DNA from: a virus
Lineage: Duplodnaviria > Caudoviricetes
Length of the DNA: 64,000 bases
Virus record (IMG/VR): IMGVR_UViG_3300013368_000005
Coordinates: 96,001 to 160,000 of that record
Reading direction: 5' to 3' (one strand)
In this document: one piece after another, positions 1-10,322 of the stretch
Numbering within the stretch: the stretch's first letter is position 1
Layout of the letters: every line of letters starts with the position of its first letter
Program-made: the position numbers and the translations under genes
The notes under the pieces: model-generated
What the model was told of the DNA's origin: nothing
What the model saw: only the letters and a program-made list of their open reading frames with translations
Databases searched by the model: none

Positions 1-1602
1 ATAATTCTCTCTAGGTATCATTTTACCATTTACATATACTAAAAATTTACTCTCATCATTACAGTACATAAAATCATTGTGAGGAAGTACAATATTATAA
101 CATTCATCTTCTTGGATTATTTTAAACGAATATCTAAATATTGATTTAGGAACTAAGTCTAATGTCCTATCGTAATAATAAGAATTATCTGGATGTATTT
201 TGACAGTATTATTATCTAATCTTCCAGCTATAAAAGAAATTTCATATTTTACGTCTTCTCTAGTTTCTGTATCAAAATCTTTATGATAAGCATCCATACA
301 ATATATTTTACAATCATTTATATTAATACTAGAGCCTAGTTTCAATATACCTTTATCAGATGATAATAACTTTATTTTATAAATATTATTATTCACATTT
401 TTAAGATACATTACTTCTATTATATCCGTATCAATAATATTTATAACAGGAAATGTGAAGTTTTTATTTTTATAAGCTATCTGTGAATATTGCTCATATA
501 TCATACCATTTTTAAATACTATTACATAATTATCTAGATTGTCATTTCCTAGATTTCTAGACATAGTTACATAGCCAAAATTATCTTTTAGAGAATTTAT
601 ATAATTACCACTATATTTTTTTATTGTAATAGGAGATTTATCTTCGTATACACTATTCATTAAAGATGAATTATAACTCATGATATAATTTAATGAATTA
701 ATTAAATTTTGTTGATACGATAAATTCTTATCGTATTTAAAATCAAAGGGTTCTATCAATTGACTATAAGCACTATCCTGTTTATTTTTAAATTTATCAA
801 ATAAATACCCTTTCTCTTCTATTCTTAGTAAGTTGTCTTTAGGATTATATAAAGTTAAATCATAAAATATCCTTGCTTCTAATATATCTCCACCATAAGA
901 GTTTCCATCTATATCAAATGTATTTATCCCACATAAGGTTACTTCCGCATCCCTATGATATAAACCATTTTTAAATACTAATATATTTTCCCTAAGCAAT
1001 TTTATTTCTTTTGACGCACTCGAATATTGCCTTCTATTAGATTCTATAGACATACGTTCATAATATATATCTGTATTAGGAATATATATTGCTGTACAAA
1101 TATCTAAAACTTCAGTAGTTAATCTACCCCTACTATTGAATATAAAATGGGCATTATTAGGTTGAGACGTAATTTGTTCTTGGTATTGGACTGTATCTGG
1201 TAATATTATGCATCCTATTTCCTCTGGATTTACTCTTCTAGTTTCTACATTATTTATAAGGATATAATTGTATTTACAATCACAAATAATAATTATATCT
1301 GTCCATTTAATAAATTTACCATTTATAAATAGCATAAACGGCTTTATTTCTTTTTTAGATATAACTTTATCCAAAGTATCTGCATATACATGTCTCTTTC
1401 TATTAATCATAAATGGTAGATTACTGCATGTATATAATAGAGCAGTGTCCTTGTATTGTGAATGATTAAATCCATGTGTTCTAAAATTAAATCGTTCCTC
1501 TAAATTAAGTTTATAGTTATATGGAATTTTAAATTTTTGTTGATTAGACAGAGATGAATTGGTGTAATTTTTTAGACTTTCGATAGAATCTATAATATTC
1601 AT
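1..1602 (-). CDS. Large hypothetical protein, probably virion structural; runs off the left edge of the window
   Basis: Not in the ORF track. Manual translation from ATG at 1602 (MNIIDSIESLKNYTNSS...) showed no stop over the long stretch read. The start overlaps the stop of the upstream 315-aa gene (translational coupling). Confidence 0.75.
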   Translation of the reverse strand, partial: MNIIDSIESLKNYTNSSLSNQQKFKIPYNYKLNLEERFNFRTHGFNHSQYKDTALLYTCSNLPFMINRKRHVYADTLDKVISKKEIKPFMLFINGKFIKWTDIIIICDCKYNYILINNVETRRVNPEEIGCIILPDTVQYQEQITSQPNNAHFIFNSRGRLTTEVLDICTAIYIPNTDIYYERMSIESNRRQYSSASKEIKLLRENILVFKNGLYHRDAEVTLCGINTFDIDGNSYGGDILEARIFYDLTLYNPKDNLLRIEEKGYLFDKFKNKQDSAYSQLIEPFDFKYDKNLSYQQNLINSLNYIMSYNSSLMNSVYEDKSPITIKKYSGNYINSLKDNFGYVTMSRNLGNDNLDNYVIVFKNGMIYEQYSQIAYKNKNFTFPVINIIDTDIIEVMYLKNVNNNIYKIKLLSSDKGILKLGSSININDCKIYCMDAYHKDFDTETREDVKYEISFIAGRLDNNTVKIHPDNSYYYDRTLDLVPKSIFRYSFKIIQEDECYNIVLPHNDFMYCNDESKFLVYVNGKMIPRENY

Positions 1603-2549
1603 TATATTGATTCTCCACCAACTCTTAATATTGCAGTAGCAAATGTAACCATATCTCTTCCAACAACTTTTTCAATTGTTTTTTGATTGTTTAAATAGCA
1701 ACCAACATAAACATTTGTAAGTAATGTTGCAAAAGAAGGATATAATTCTAATGCAAATTGAGTTCCAGTTCCATATAAATATAACCATTTTTCTAAAAAT
1801 ACTTCTAGAGTTAATTTAGGCAACCTAAGAATTTTACTTACATTATCTATAAATGTATTTATTGTAAGAAAAGCATCATCTGATAGTTGTATTAATAAAA
1901 TTTCTTGTTCTCTTTCTGATAGACCTGATACATTTCTAGCAACAGATTTTATACTATCAGTCATATCCTTATTTAATATATTTATTGAATAGTATAAACT
2001 AGCTAGATATAAACATTTAGATCTTGTAGCAGGAACAGTACTTATTTTATGAAGATAATCTACGATATGGGTAAATAACCCAGCAAAACATTTAGAACCA
2101 TTTTTTATTATTTCCTCCCTCATTACTAATCTTTTTGGGTCCATATAATAAATTAGTTGGTTCATAGCAGATACTAAATATGCTATAAATATATCTATAT
2201 TTACGCATTTATATTTACCATCTATTTTTTTTATTACATCACAGTCTATAAATACTTTTAATGCATTATCGCCTTTAATATCTTTAGCTGCAAAAGTTTT
2301 AAACGCTCTAGGTAATGGCGTTGGGTGAGTTAAAAGTATTACTTTTTTCGAATCGAGTACTTTTACCAATGCATTAGATACTTGTCTCTTCTTAACCTCA
2401 TATCTTATATCATCAAAGGAATCATCTAACTTATTTATTTCTTCAGCAGTCATCATGTACTCGTATAATCGTTTCTCATAATTAGCCTTATTATATAAAT
2501 AAGTATTAGCAAATGTTTTTGTTATTGGTCCTTTACTTAATTCTGGCAT
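1602..2549 (-). CDS. Hypothetical protein (315 aa), late class
   Basis: Long ORF with AGGAGG RBS and a late-type promoter at 2580-2591. Confidence 0.85.
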   Translation of the reverse strand: MPELSKGPITKTFANTYLYNKANYEKRLYEYMMTAEEINKLDDSFDDIRYEVKKRQVSNALVKVLDSKKVILLTHPTPLPRAFKTFAAKDIKGDNALKVFIDCDVIKKIDGKYKCVNIDIFIAYLVSAMNQLIYYMDPKRLVMREEIIKNGSKCFAGLFTHIVDYLHKISTVPATRSKCLYLASLYYSINILNKDMTDSIKSVARNVSGLSEREQEILLIQLSDDAFLTINTFIDNVSKILRLPKLTLEVFLEKWLYLYGTGTQFALELYPSFATLLTNVYVGCYLNNQKTIEKVVGRDMVTFATAILRVGGESI

Positions 2550-2579
2550 AATTTAGCCCTCCTTTTATTTCTTTATGTT

Positions 2580-2591
2580 TACATTTATGTT
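2580..2591 (-). promoter_or_regulatory. Late-type promoter AACA-N6-TA
   Basis: AACAtaaatgTA upstream of the 2549 start. Confidence 0.65.
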
Positions 2592-2664
2592 CACTATAAG
2601 GGGAAATATATAATTATATATTTTTAAAAGAGTAGTAGTATAGGAATTTATCCTATACTACTTT

Positions 2665-3528
2665 TTATTTTCTTTTTAATAACAATTCTTTAGAGACGAA
2701 GCCACTACTCTTTCCATGTCCACCGCCACCGAACTTCTCAGCTATTTTGCCACAGTTAATATCATCTTTAACAGTGAAAATAGAATACATATAAGCTTCT
2801 CCTGTAAATACATAACTACATACAAGATCATAATCGTTTATTTTATCTCCAAAAATAGCTGAATATGCTCTCCTATTTACAACTAAACACTTATGACCTT
2901 CTAATAAAGATTCATAAGCATATTTATTTAGATATTCTTTAAACTCTTGTTTATTATATTCATTAATCACTTTACCTTTTTCAATAAGCTCATTAATAAG
3001 TTTATTTTTATCATCATCTTCATTTAATTTTTCCCATATAGGATCTAGCGGACCATAGTTTGTTGCATTTAATCCTAATATAAAATATTCAGAGTCTTTA
3101 CCTAATTCAAATTTAAAACAATCAAAATCACTTACATATTGTATAAACAAAGGACAATCTTTTATGCTGTATAGATCTTCAAAATACATACAAGCTAGAC
3201 CCATACCAGATATACCCTCTAGTCTTAAACCTGCTATTTCTTCTTCTATCTCAGGATATTTCTCTATTAGTTTCATAGAAGATTGATGATGATCAATCCA
3301 AACTATATTTTTTGTAATTTTTCTCAACTCTTGTAGCACATTATAGGAAGATTCCTTAAAAGAATAATCTACTATATATACTTTTTCATTTTTAGAGATT
3401 TTATCTAATGGAAATGGCTTTAGATAATCTAATTCTATATAATCAGATTCTTTGGTATTTCCAGTGTGTTTTGATACTACATATGCAGCACCTCTTCCGT
3501 CTGCATCATCATGGTGTATAATTTTCAT
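2665..3528 (-). CDS. DHH/DHHA1 family phosphoesterase
   Basis: Motifs HHDDADG, IVDYS, WIDHH and C-terminal GGGGH. Confidence 0.9.
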   Translation of the reverse strand: MKIIHHDDADGRGAAYVVSKHTGNTKESDYIELDYLKPFPLDKISKNEKVYIVDYSFKESSYNVLQELRKITKNIVWIDHHQSSMKLIEKYPEIEEEIAGLRLEGISGMGLACMYFEDLYSIKDCPLFIQYVSDFDCFKFELGKDSEYFILGLNATNYGPLDPIWEKLNEDDDKNKLINELIEKGKVINEYNKQEFKEYLNKYAYESLLEGHKCLVVNRRAYSAIFGDKINDYDLVCSYVFTGEAYMYSIFTVKDDINCGKIAEKFGGGGHGKSSGFVSKELLLKRK

Positions 3529-3542
3529 TATTATCCCTCCTT

Positions 3543-3591
3543 TACAAATATGTTAAGCATACAAATTTATAATATTAATAACTTACTAATA
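3543..3591. promoter_or_regulatory. Divergent late-type promoters (minus 3543-3554, plus 3580-3591)
   Basis: AACAtatttgTA and AACTtactaaTA. Confidence 0.6.
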
Positions 3592-3609
3592 ATTGAAAGG
3601 GTGATTTTT

Positions 3610-4347
3610 ATGATTAAGAAATTATTAGAAGAATTATGTATAGATACAATTAAAGAAGATGAAGCAAAATATTTTTATAATGGAATAGGAGTTCCAAGAG
3701 TAACAGAAATTTTAAGTTCAATGTTGCATGAAGAATATTTAATGCAATGGGCTAATAGAATAGGTTTATATAGAAAAAAGAAATATGAAGATGAAAGAGA
3801 TAGAGCAGCATTTATAGGAACAAATGTACATGAATGTATAGAAAAATACTTAAAATGTAATAATTACGATATCATGAATATAGATGAATTATCTAAAGAT
3901 AAAGTGGTAATAAATTCTATAAATAATGGGGTTAAATCATTTATTTTATGGTACGATGAAATTATCAGAAATAATCAGTTTGAAATAATTGCTCAAGAAC
4001 AATCCTTATCATGTCAATGGTTTGGAGGCACATATGATATGTTATGTAAAATAAATGGTAAAATATATTTAGTAGACTTTAAGACGAGCAATCATATATC
4101 ATATAAATATTTCTTACAACTAGCTGCATATAGGTATATGATATTTTTGAATTTGGGTATAAATATAGATGGATGTATAATTCTCCAAGTTGATAAAAAA
4201 CAAATAGCATTTGAAGAATATGTATTAGATTTCTCAATAAAAAACCATTATGATTTTATAGAACAATGTTTCACTACATTCCTATCATTGATCTATGCCT
4301 ATTATAATAAAATGATTACTATAAATATGTATAATAATATTTTTTGA
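3610..4347 (+). CDS. PD-(D/E)xK exonuclease (Cas4/RecB-like phage nuclease)
   Basis: PRVTEIL, GTNVH, E...GTYD...LVDFKTS and QLAAY motifs. Start moved to ATG 3610 behind RBS AAAGGGTG. Confidence 0.85.
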   Translation: MIKKLLEELCIDTIKEDEAKYFYNGIGVPRVTEILSSMLHEEYLMQWANRIGLYRKKKYEDERDRAAFIGTNVHECIEKYLKCNNYDIMNIDELSKDKVVINSINNGVKSFILWYDEIIRNNQFEIIAQEQSLSCQWFGGTYDMLCKINGKIYLVDFKTSNHISYKYFLQLAAYRYMIFLNLGINIDGCIILQVDKKQIAFEEYVLDFSIKNHYDFIEQCFTTFLSLIYAYYNKMITINMYNNIF

Positions 4348-4361
4348 TGAGGTGTTACAAA

Positions 4362-4817
4362 ATGTATTTTGATGCTATTATGAAATATATGAATTTATAT
4401 AATATTAAAAGAAATAAATTATTTAAAAACATTTATAAGATGATATATTATTTTAAATATATAAAACCAATGATTGTGTTTGAAACAGATATATTGTCAT
4501 ATAAATATATTAAACCATTATATAATTTAGTAAATTTATTTGGTACTATAAAATATAATAAAGGGCAAATAAGTTCAATTAATAACAGACTGATTATAGA
4601 AAATATTATTATTTATAACAAGATTACAATTAATCTATATGATTATGATAAGGAAATAGAATTGATAATAGATAAAGATGATTCAACAAGGATTATTACA
4701 AATATAATCCATAGAACTTTTGATGAAGCGATAAAGGATGAATTAAATATATGTAATAAAATTATACAATATTGTATAAAACATGTTTGTAGGATAATAT
4801 TTTTAAGAAGAGGTTAA
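4362..4817 (+). CDS. Hypothetical protein
   Basis: ORF with GAGGTG RBS, followed by a terminator. Confidence 0.7.
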   Translation: MYFDAIMKYMNLYNIKRNKLFKNIYKMIYYFKYIKPMIVFETDILSYKYIKPLYNLVNLFGTIKYNKGQISSINNRLIIENIIIYNKITINLYDYDKEIELIIDKDDSTRIITNIIHRTFDEAIKDELNICNKIIQYCIKHVCRIIFLRRG

Positions 4818-4836
4818 TCCTCTTCTTTTATTTTTT
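4805..4836 (+). terminator. Intrinsic terminator
   Basis: AAGAAGAGG-ttaat-CCTCTTCTT followed by a T-tract. Confidence 0.75.
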
Positions 4837-4847
4837 ACTTTAACCTT

Positions 4848-4859
4848 AACAGATTAATA
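4848..4859 (+). promoter_or_regulatory. Late-type promoter of sbcD
   Basis: AACAgattaaTA immediately before the RBS. Confidence 0.7.
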
Positions 4860-4874
4860 AAGGAGTGATTAAAT

Positions 4875-6071
4875 ATGATACCAATGGTTAAATTTATATC
4901 TGAGGAAGAGCAAATATATAATTTAAATATAAAAAATAATACATTAAGGGGAACATTAAAAGAAGTTCATATAGCAGATATTCATTTTGGGGTATTAGAT
5001 CCAAAATATCAATACACTATTTTGACAGAACAATTTACAAATAAATTGATTAATTTAGATTTTGATGTATTGGTCATAGATGGAGATTTATATGAGCACA
5101 AATTTATGAGTAGTTCAGACCCTATAATGTATGCATCATTATTTGTAAATGATCTTATAAATTTATGCAGAATTAAATCTGCCACATTCGTTATTCTTCA
5201 TGGTACTAAATTGCATGATGATAATCAACTAAAAATGTTTTATCATTATCTAACTGATGAAACAGTAGATGTAAGAATAGTAGAAACTCCAAAATTTGAG
5301 TATATTAAAGGGGCTAAAGTATTGTGTATACCAGAAATGAATAATTTAGAGTCTTCGATATATGAAAATTTACTATATTATTCAGGATGGTATGATACTG
5401 CATTTGTGCATGGGGAATATTTAGGTTCTATATATAGAGAAAAAAATGTTGTCCCAACTCTAGAAGGGCATACTCCTATATTTACATTAGATCATTTCTG
5501 TTATTGCAAAGGACCAATATTATCTGGTCATGTCCATGTAACAGGATGTTTTGCTGGTTATTATTATTATTGTGGTTCACCATATAGATGGAAATTCGGT
5601 GAAGAACAAGAGAAAGGGTTTTTAATAGCTCTTCATAATTTAGATACACAATGGCATTATGTACATTTAGAACCTATAAAATCATATAGGTATGATACTA
5701 TTAATTTAGATATGATGTTGATTCAAGACCCAAAAGATGTAATTGAGTATGTAAATAAATTACAAGAGCAAGGAATAGATTATATAAGGTTAGAATTTAA
5801 AAAAGAATTAAATGATAAAGAGATAGCCAACTTAGAAATATTAAAGAAATATTATAGGTCTATTAAAACTGTTAAATTAAAAATAGATAATGCTAAGAAA
5901 AATGAAATGTTGAAAGCCAATGAAGAACTAATGCAACAATATAGTGAATATGACTTTATAATGGATAAAAATTTATCCCCAGAAGAAATATTCTGTAGAT
6001 ACGTAAATATACAAGAAGGTTGTGAATTTATATCTGTAAATGAGCTGGTTGAATTATTAAAAGAAGAATAA
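4875..6071 (+). CDS. sbcD: SbcD/Mre11-like metallophosphoesterase nuclease
   Basis: ADIHFG, DGDLY, HGTKLHD, GHVH and YCGS motifs. SbcC partner at 42836. Confidence 0.88.
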   Translation: MIPMVKFISEEEQIYNLNIKNNTLRGTLKEVHIADIHFGVLDPKYQYTILTEQFTNKLINLDFDVLVIDGDLYEHKFMSSSDPIMYASLFVNDLINLCRIKSATFVILHGTKLHDDNQLKMFYHYLTDETVDVRIVETPKFEYIKGAKVLCIPEMNNLESSIYENLLYYSGWYDTAFVHGEYLGSIYREKNVVPTLEGHTPIFTLDHFCYCKGPILSGHVHVTGCFAGYYYYCGSPYRWKFGEEQEKGFLIALHNLDTQWHYVHLEPIKSYRYDTINLDMMLIQDPKDVIEYVNKLQEQGIDYIRLEFKKELNDKEIANLEILKKYYRSIKTVKLKIDNAKKNEMLKANEELMQQYSEYDFIMDKNLSPEEIFCRYVNIQEGCEFISVNELVELLKEE

Positions 6072-6097
6072 TTGAAAGTACTTGTAAAGGTACTTTC

Positions 6098-6111
6098 AAT
6101 TATATATTATA
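6098..6111 (+). promoter_or_regulatory. Early-type phage promoter AATTATATATTATA
   Basis: One of 12 intergenic, gene-oriented copies of the motif. Confidence 0.75.
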
Positions 6112-6146
6112 AATATAGAAATAATAAAAAGGGAGGATCAATTATT

Positions 6147-6392
6147 ATGAATATGAAAAAAGATTTGTTAATACAAGTTCATTGTAACGAATATAAATAT
6201 GAATCGGGATTGATAAAGAAGTGGGCTAATGAATTTTATAGTCTTCTATCATATGATAGAAGTACATGTATATCAACAATTAACTTTAAAGAAAAGGTTA
6301 TAAAAATACACAGTAAATTAAAATTTCAAAAAAGAATAATTAATAGGCAGCGATTATATGAAAAAAGAAAAAGATTAGGAAGATCACTATAG
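6147..6392 (+). CDS. Hypothetical protein (early class)
   Basis: RBS GGGAGG and early promoter 6098-6111. Confidence 0.7.
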   Translation: MNMKKDLLIQVHCNEYKYESGLIKKWANEFYSLLSYDRSTCISTINFKEKVIKIHSKLKFQKRIINRQRLYEKRKRLGRSL

Positions 6393-6438
6393 TTTAATTT
6401 ATTAAAGTTTAAAAGAAAAAATAAAGAGGAGAGATATT

Positions 6439-7197
6439 ATGAATATGAATCAATTATGTAGGAGTTTAGCTAAATATACAAATTTTATAGCAAGGTGCAG
6501 CTGGGCAAATAAATCTATTGATAGGAAAACAATAGTAAGTACATCATATTATAAATTAATAGATGAAATATTAAAAGAAAATATTATAGACGAATTTAAA
6601 AATAAGATACAATTTTATTTCGATAAAAATGAACTAATTGAAAAGGATACTTTATATTATACAATAAAGGATTATAATATAGAATTTTATTATAAAAGAT
6701 TTCATTTTGTTGTGCCTGATATTGGTACATACGATACGATAGAACAGCTTGTAGAATATATAAATAATAAGACACGTTTTATCATAAATAATAAAGATTT
6801 ATTTATAGATATAGAAAAATATATTGATGCAGTAAATCAATTAAAATGTGAATTGTATAGTAAAAATAATATAAATATATTTGAAATAGGTATGTTCGAA
6901 ATTATTGTGATGGATAGAACTATATTGTTCTATGAAAATAATGTAGTACCTGGACATTCTCATGAAAACACCGATTTCATAAGCATAGATAAATTTAAAG
7001 AGATTGATAATAATGAATATAGAAATTATTACTTAGATAAATTAATAGATTTCCATATAAATTCTGTGAGGGATAAGATAAATGAAAATATAAAAATTCA
7101 ACAACAAAAATTAATAGATTTAGATGAAAATGAAACTGAATTAATAAATTTAAAAGAAACAATTAGAGATATAAGGGGTGTTAATCATGGAGAATAA
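6439..7197 (+). CDS. Hypothetical protein
   Basis: ORF with GAGGAG RBS. Confidence 0.8.
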   Translation: MNMNQLCRSLAKYTNFIARCSWANKSIDRKTIVSTSYYKLIDEILKENIIDEFKNKIQFYFDKNELIEKDTLYYTIKDYNIEFYYKRFHFVVPDIGTYDTIEQLVEYINNKTRFIINNKDLFIDIEKYIDAVNQLKCELYSKNNINIFEIGMFEIIVMDRTILFYENNVVPGHSHENTDFISIDKFKEIDNNEYRNYYLDKLIDFHINSVRDKINENIKIQQQKLIDLDENETELINLKETIRDIRGVNHGE

Positions 7198-7357
7198 AAA
7201 ACATTTTACAATGGAATTGATAGCACATAATGATCCATTTGAACAAGGTATGGTTATATATGGGTTTAAAGAATATAAACAGACCTATATGACAATTCCA
7301 GAATATCGTACATGCGAGCATAATATTCATTTAGTATGTAACTATGATATAAACTAG
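7187..7357 (+). CDS. Small hypothetical protein (56 aa, MENKKHFTMELIAHNDPFEQG...)
   Basis: Manual translation, AGGGGTG RBS, followed by hairpin terminator 7351-7380. Confidence 0.65.
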   Translation: MENKKHFTMELIAHNDPFEQGMVIYGFKEYKQTYMTIPEYRTCEHNIHLVCNYDIN

Positions 7358-7408
7358 ACTCATTGTCTAGTTTATTTTTTCTATGTTCCTGTAAAAGAAG
7401 AAAAAATA

Positions 7409-7437
7409 AAAAGAGTATGCGTATTGCATACTCTTTT
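7409..7437. terminator. Terminator between convergent operons
   Basis: AAAAGAGTATGC-gtatt-GCATACTCTTTT. Confidence 0.75.
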
Positions 7438-7440
7438 CTT

Positions 7441-8103
7441 TTATTTAGATTTATAATAAAAATAATATTTAGTTGTCTCTTGTGTTTGATGATTTGTTTC
7501 TATTATCTTATCAATTAATTCATTATTATATTCAAATTCTAATGTACTTATAAGTTTATTCTCCATCTTTTTGTGATGAAACTTTAACTTATTTTTATCA
7601 TATATAAGGATATCTTCAAATTTTCTAAGTATATTACTTATATTAATATAATTAGCAGATAATATTATATTTGTATCTTCATTGTAATGTCCGTATGCAG
7701 AGTTGGTATTGAAATCGCCATCACGACGATATATATCTTCTTTAACATTTCCAGTAGATCTATCAATTATTTGACTAATAATATTATTGCTATCATATTT
7801 ATATTGTTCGTATATATTATTATCCAGAATCGGGCTTCTAATACATTCTACTAATTCAGATCTAACACATTCTATTGGAATAAATTCATCATTATCATAC
7901 TTAAAAAGATAAGTGTTTGTTTTATTATCATTATATAATAATGTACAACGACATTCTGTTTCAGTTTCAGCCAAATTTGAATATATATTTAGTACGCTAG
8001 ATTTATCTTTTTCTCTTATAACTTCGCATGTAGATATAGCCACTTTATTATTCATTAACGATTTGGCAAATTCTATTTCTAATATTTTATCTATAAAATA
8101 CAT
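7441..8103 (-). CDS. Hypothetical protein with YD/RHS-like beta-hairpin repeats
   Basis: Repeats such as YKYDSNNII and FEYNNELIDKI. Confidence 0.65.
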   Translation of the reverse strand: MYFIDKILEIEFAKSLMNNKVAISTCEVIREKDKSSVLNIYSNLAETETECRCTLLYNDNKTNTYLFKYDNDEFIPIECVRSELVECIRSPILDNNIYEQYKYDSNNIISQIIDRSTGNVKEDIYRRDGDFNTNSAYGHYNEDTNIILSANYINISNILRKFEDILIYDKNKLKFHHKKMENKLISTLEFEYNNELIDKIIETNHQTQETTKYYFYYKSK

Positions 8104-8119
8104 TACAATAACCCCCTAT

Positions 8120-8383
8120 TTATTTATATTTAAATTTAGATAAATCGACCCCTAGAGCCAATAATGCTAGCATTACGTAATCTTGTTTTTTCTTATCATC
8201 TATAAATGTAAATAATTCTTCTATACATTTTGTAAATAAATCATATGATACAGATGGTATCAGATGCCTTTCAAAAATATCGTATTCCTGTATACTATTT
8301 AATATACTTTTTACGCCTTTAAGGTAATTCTTTATCTCTGATTTATCATACCTTTCGTTTTCATATATTATTAAATTATTCAT
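8120..8383 (-). CDS. Hypothetical protein
   Basis: ORF with AGGGGG RBS. Confidence 0.7.
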   Translation of the reverse strand: MNNLIIYENERYDKSEIKNYLKGVKSILNSIQEYDIFERHLIPSVSYDLFTKCIEELFTFIDDKKKQDYVMLALLALGVDLSKFKYK

Positions 8384-8444
8384 TTTTTTACCCCCTATTT
8401 TATAAAAGAATTAGGTATGATATACTTATCATACCTAAAAAATT

Positions 8445-9203
8445 TTATTCATATATATAATTTATGCACTCTCTTGTATGTTCTTTTTTAGTATTATTAA
8501 TAATTTCTTGTTTTAGTAACTTATTTTCATCATCATAGGTATTGTGGAATATATTAGTTTCTTTTATTTTATTAGTTTTTGAGCATGTTACTCGACGGGT
8601 AATTTTTATTTTATTACCATTTTCATCATATTCATATAATAAATTTATAAGATCAAAATTATTCTTCTTATATTTATCATAACAAATTGAATTTGTTTCT
8701 CTTATAGTTCCATCTTTATTTAATGATGACATACCAACGATATTCTTACCTATATATTTGCTATATTTATTATCCTCATAAATAATATTATTTTTAAGGG
8801 TTTCATTATTCATAAATGAACCAATTTTTCTACCTTGATTGTCATATGAATGGTGTATTGTACGAATTTTTTCACCTTTATAATATTTTTCTCTTCTTAT
8901 AAGATTATTATTATCATCATAAAAATATAATAATTTATATTTAAGTGAATCAGATGAATTCTCATTTACTTCATATATTAATCCATTTCCATTTATAAGA
9001 TATTCTGTTTTAACCTCTCTTTCATTAAATACTCTTATTATTTTCTTCTCTTGATATATAAATACATATTCTTCTTTATAATCTATTTCTAACGAATTCA
9101 AATCTGTATATACCAAATTATTACACTTGCATTTATATATTCCTTTTTTAAACAAACTCTCTAATTGTTCATGATCTAAAAGAACTGACTTAAATATTTT
9201 CAT
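8445..9203 (-). CDS. Hypothetical protein with YD/RHS-like repeats
   Basis: YFYDDNNNLIR, HSYDNQGRKI, YEYDENGNKIK, NTYDDENKLLK. Confidence 0.75.
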   Translation of the reverse strand: MKIFKSVLLDHEQLESLFKKGIYKCKCNNLVYTDLNSLEIDYKEEYVFIYQEKKIIRVFNEREVKTEYLINGNGLIYEVNENSSDSLKYKLLYFYDDNNNLIRREKYYKGEKIRTIHHSYDNQGRKIGSFMNNETLKNNIIYEDNKYSKYIGKNIVGMSSLNKDGTIRETNSICYDKYKKNNFDLINLLYEYDENGNKIKITRRVTCSKTNKIKETNIFHNTYDDENKLLKQEIINNTKKEHTRECINYIYE

Positions 9204-9222
9204 AATTAATCTCCTCCTCTAT

Positions 9223-9417
9223 TTATAAAAGACGTGTTAAACAATTCTCTACTGCTTCTCCAACTTTTTTACTTCCATACATACTTCCATCTGAAAACCC
9301 ATCTAAATAAGCATCAATGTAACCCTTAATATAATCATCTGATTTATTATTTTTTCTTAACAGAACTATTTTCTCATTTAGCACTGCTACATTTTTAAGC
9401 ATTCTTTCTTCATCCAT
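9223..9417 (-). CDS. Small hypothetical protein
   Basis: ORF with GAGGA RBS inside an operon. Confidence 0.7.
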   Translation of the reverse strand: MDEERMLKNVAVLNEKIVLLRKNNKSDDYIKGYIDAYLDGFSDGSMYGSKKVGEAVENCLTRLL

Positions 9418-9440
9418 ATCTTCATCATCCTCTCCTCTAT

Positions 9441-9860
9441 TTATAAATTTATATAAAACTTATGATTAATATATTCATGATTAGAATGAAAACTAGCTCC
9501 AATGTTCTTATAGAAATGTATTAAATCGCTTCTACATTCTCCTTCTATATATTTAAATCCCCACTGTTTGCCTATATCCTTTAAGTTTATCATAGCTATA
9601 GTACCATATCCTTTATTTCTATATTCTTCCTCAATTTCAAAATATTCTAAATATATAGAATTTGTTTCTCCATCATCAGCCATTACTCTCATATGACCAA
9701 TATATTGATTTATAATAAAAATTTCCATATCGCCTTGTAAATCAACAAAATTTTCTTTTGTAAAATTCATTCCTGGTATTTTAAAATTAATTTTATTTTC
9801 CATATCCATCATCCTATCATTATAATAATTTAAACTCTTATAAATTGTTTCTATATTCAT
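9441..9860 (-). CDS. GNAT family acetyltransferase
   Basis: Acetyl-CoA binding motif A (EEYRNKGYGT) and C-terminal FYKNIG. Confidence 0.85.
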   Translation of the reverse strand: MNIETIYKSLNYYNDRMMDMENKINFKIPGMNFTKENFVDLQGDMEIFIINQYIGHMRVMADDGETNSIYLEYFEIEEEYRNKGYGTIAMINLKDIGKQWGFKYIEGECRSDLIHFYKNIGASFHSNHEYINHKFYINL

Positions 9861-10299
9861 TTCTAGGTTTTAATGATTTAACCCATTCTAATAGATTTAT
9901 ATTTGTCTTCATTATCTCAATATCTAAATTATTTGCCTTTATTTTATTATATATTTTTCTGATTACTATACTACCATTGACTAATATTTCATCCTCTATT
10001 GTAAACCCGCATGGGATATTATCTGGAATATAGATACTATGTTTAAATGCGATATAGGTGCTTATAGTTTCTAAACTAGCATCATAATGACCGCTACAAC
10101 TCCAAGAAGTCTTATAATCTTTTCTATTCAGTATTTCAATAGTAGGCAATATTAAATCGTCGATTTCAAATATCACACCGCCACAATTAGTTAATGGGCA
10201 CTTCGTATACCCATTATATTTTTTTGTATAAATATCATCTGTTTGATTTAATACTTCTTTACGAAATTTATTAAAACAATCTAAACAAATATAACCCAT
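9838..10299 (-). CDS. Zn-ribbon hypothetical protein
   Basis: CxxC...CxxxxC at the N-terminus, then a YKTSWSCSGH motif. Confidence 0.7.
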   Translation of the reverse strand: MGYICLDCFNKFRKEVLNQTDDIYTKKYNGYTKCPLTNCGGVIFEIDDLILPTIEILNRKDYKTSWSCSGHYDASLETISTYIAFKHSIYIPDNIPCGFTIEDEILVNGSIVIRKIYNKIKANNLDIEIMKTNINLLEWVKSLKPRNEYRNNL

Positions 10300-10322
10300 A
10301 GATATTCCTCCAAACTTTATAT

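Noticed and set aside
1640-1660. RDMVTF near the C-terminus of the 315-aa protein as a motif copy
   Set aside because: It lacks the K/Q-P/K/S prefix and appears to lie in a helical context, so it was not counted.
2604-2623. Palindrome AAATATATAATTATATATTT as an early promoter
   Set aside because: The core deviates from TATATTATA, it is pure A/T and so likely by chance, and the adjacent gene already has a late-type promoter.
3610-4347. Cas4-like nuclease as evidence of a CRISPR system
   Set aside because: No repeat-spacer array or other cas genes were seen, and the Cas4 Fe-S cysteine pattern is not evident. Solo PD-(D/E)xK nucleases are common in phages.
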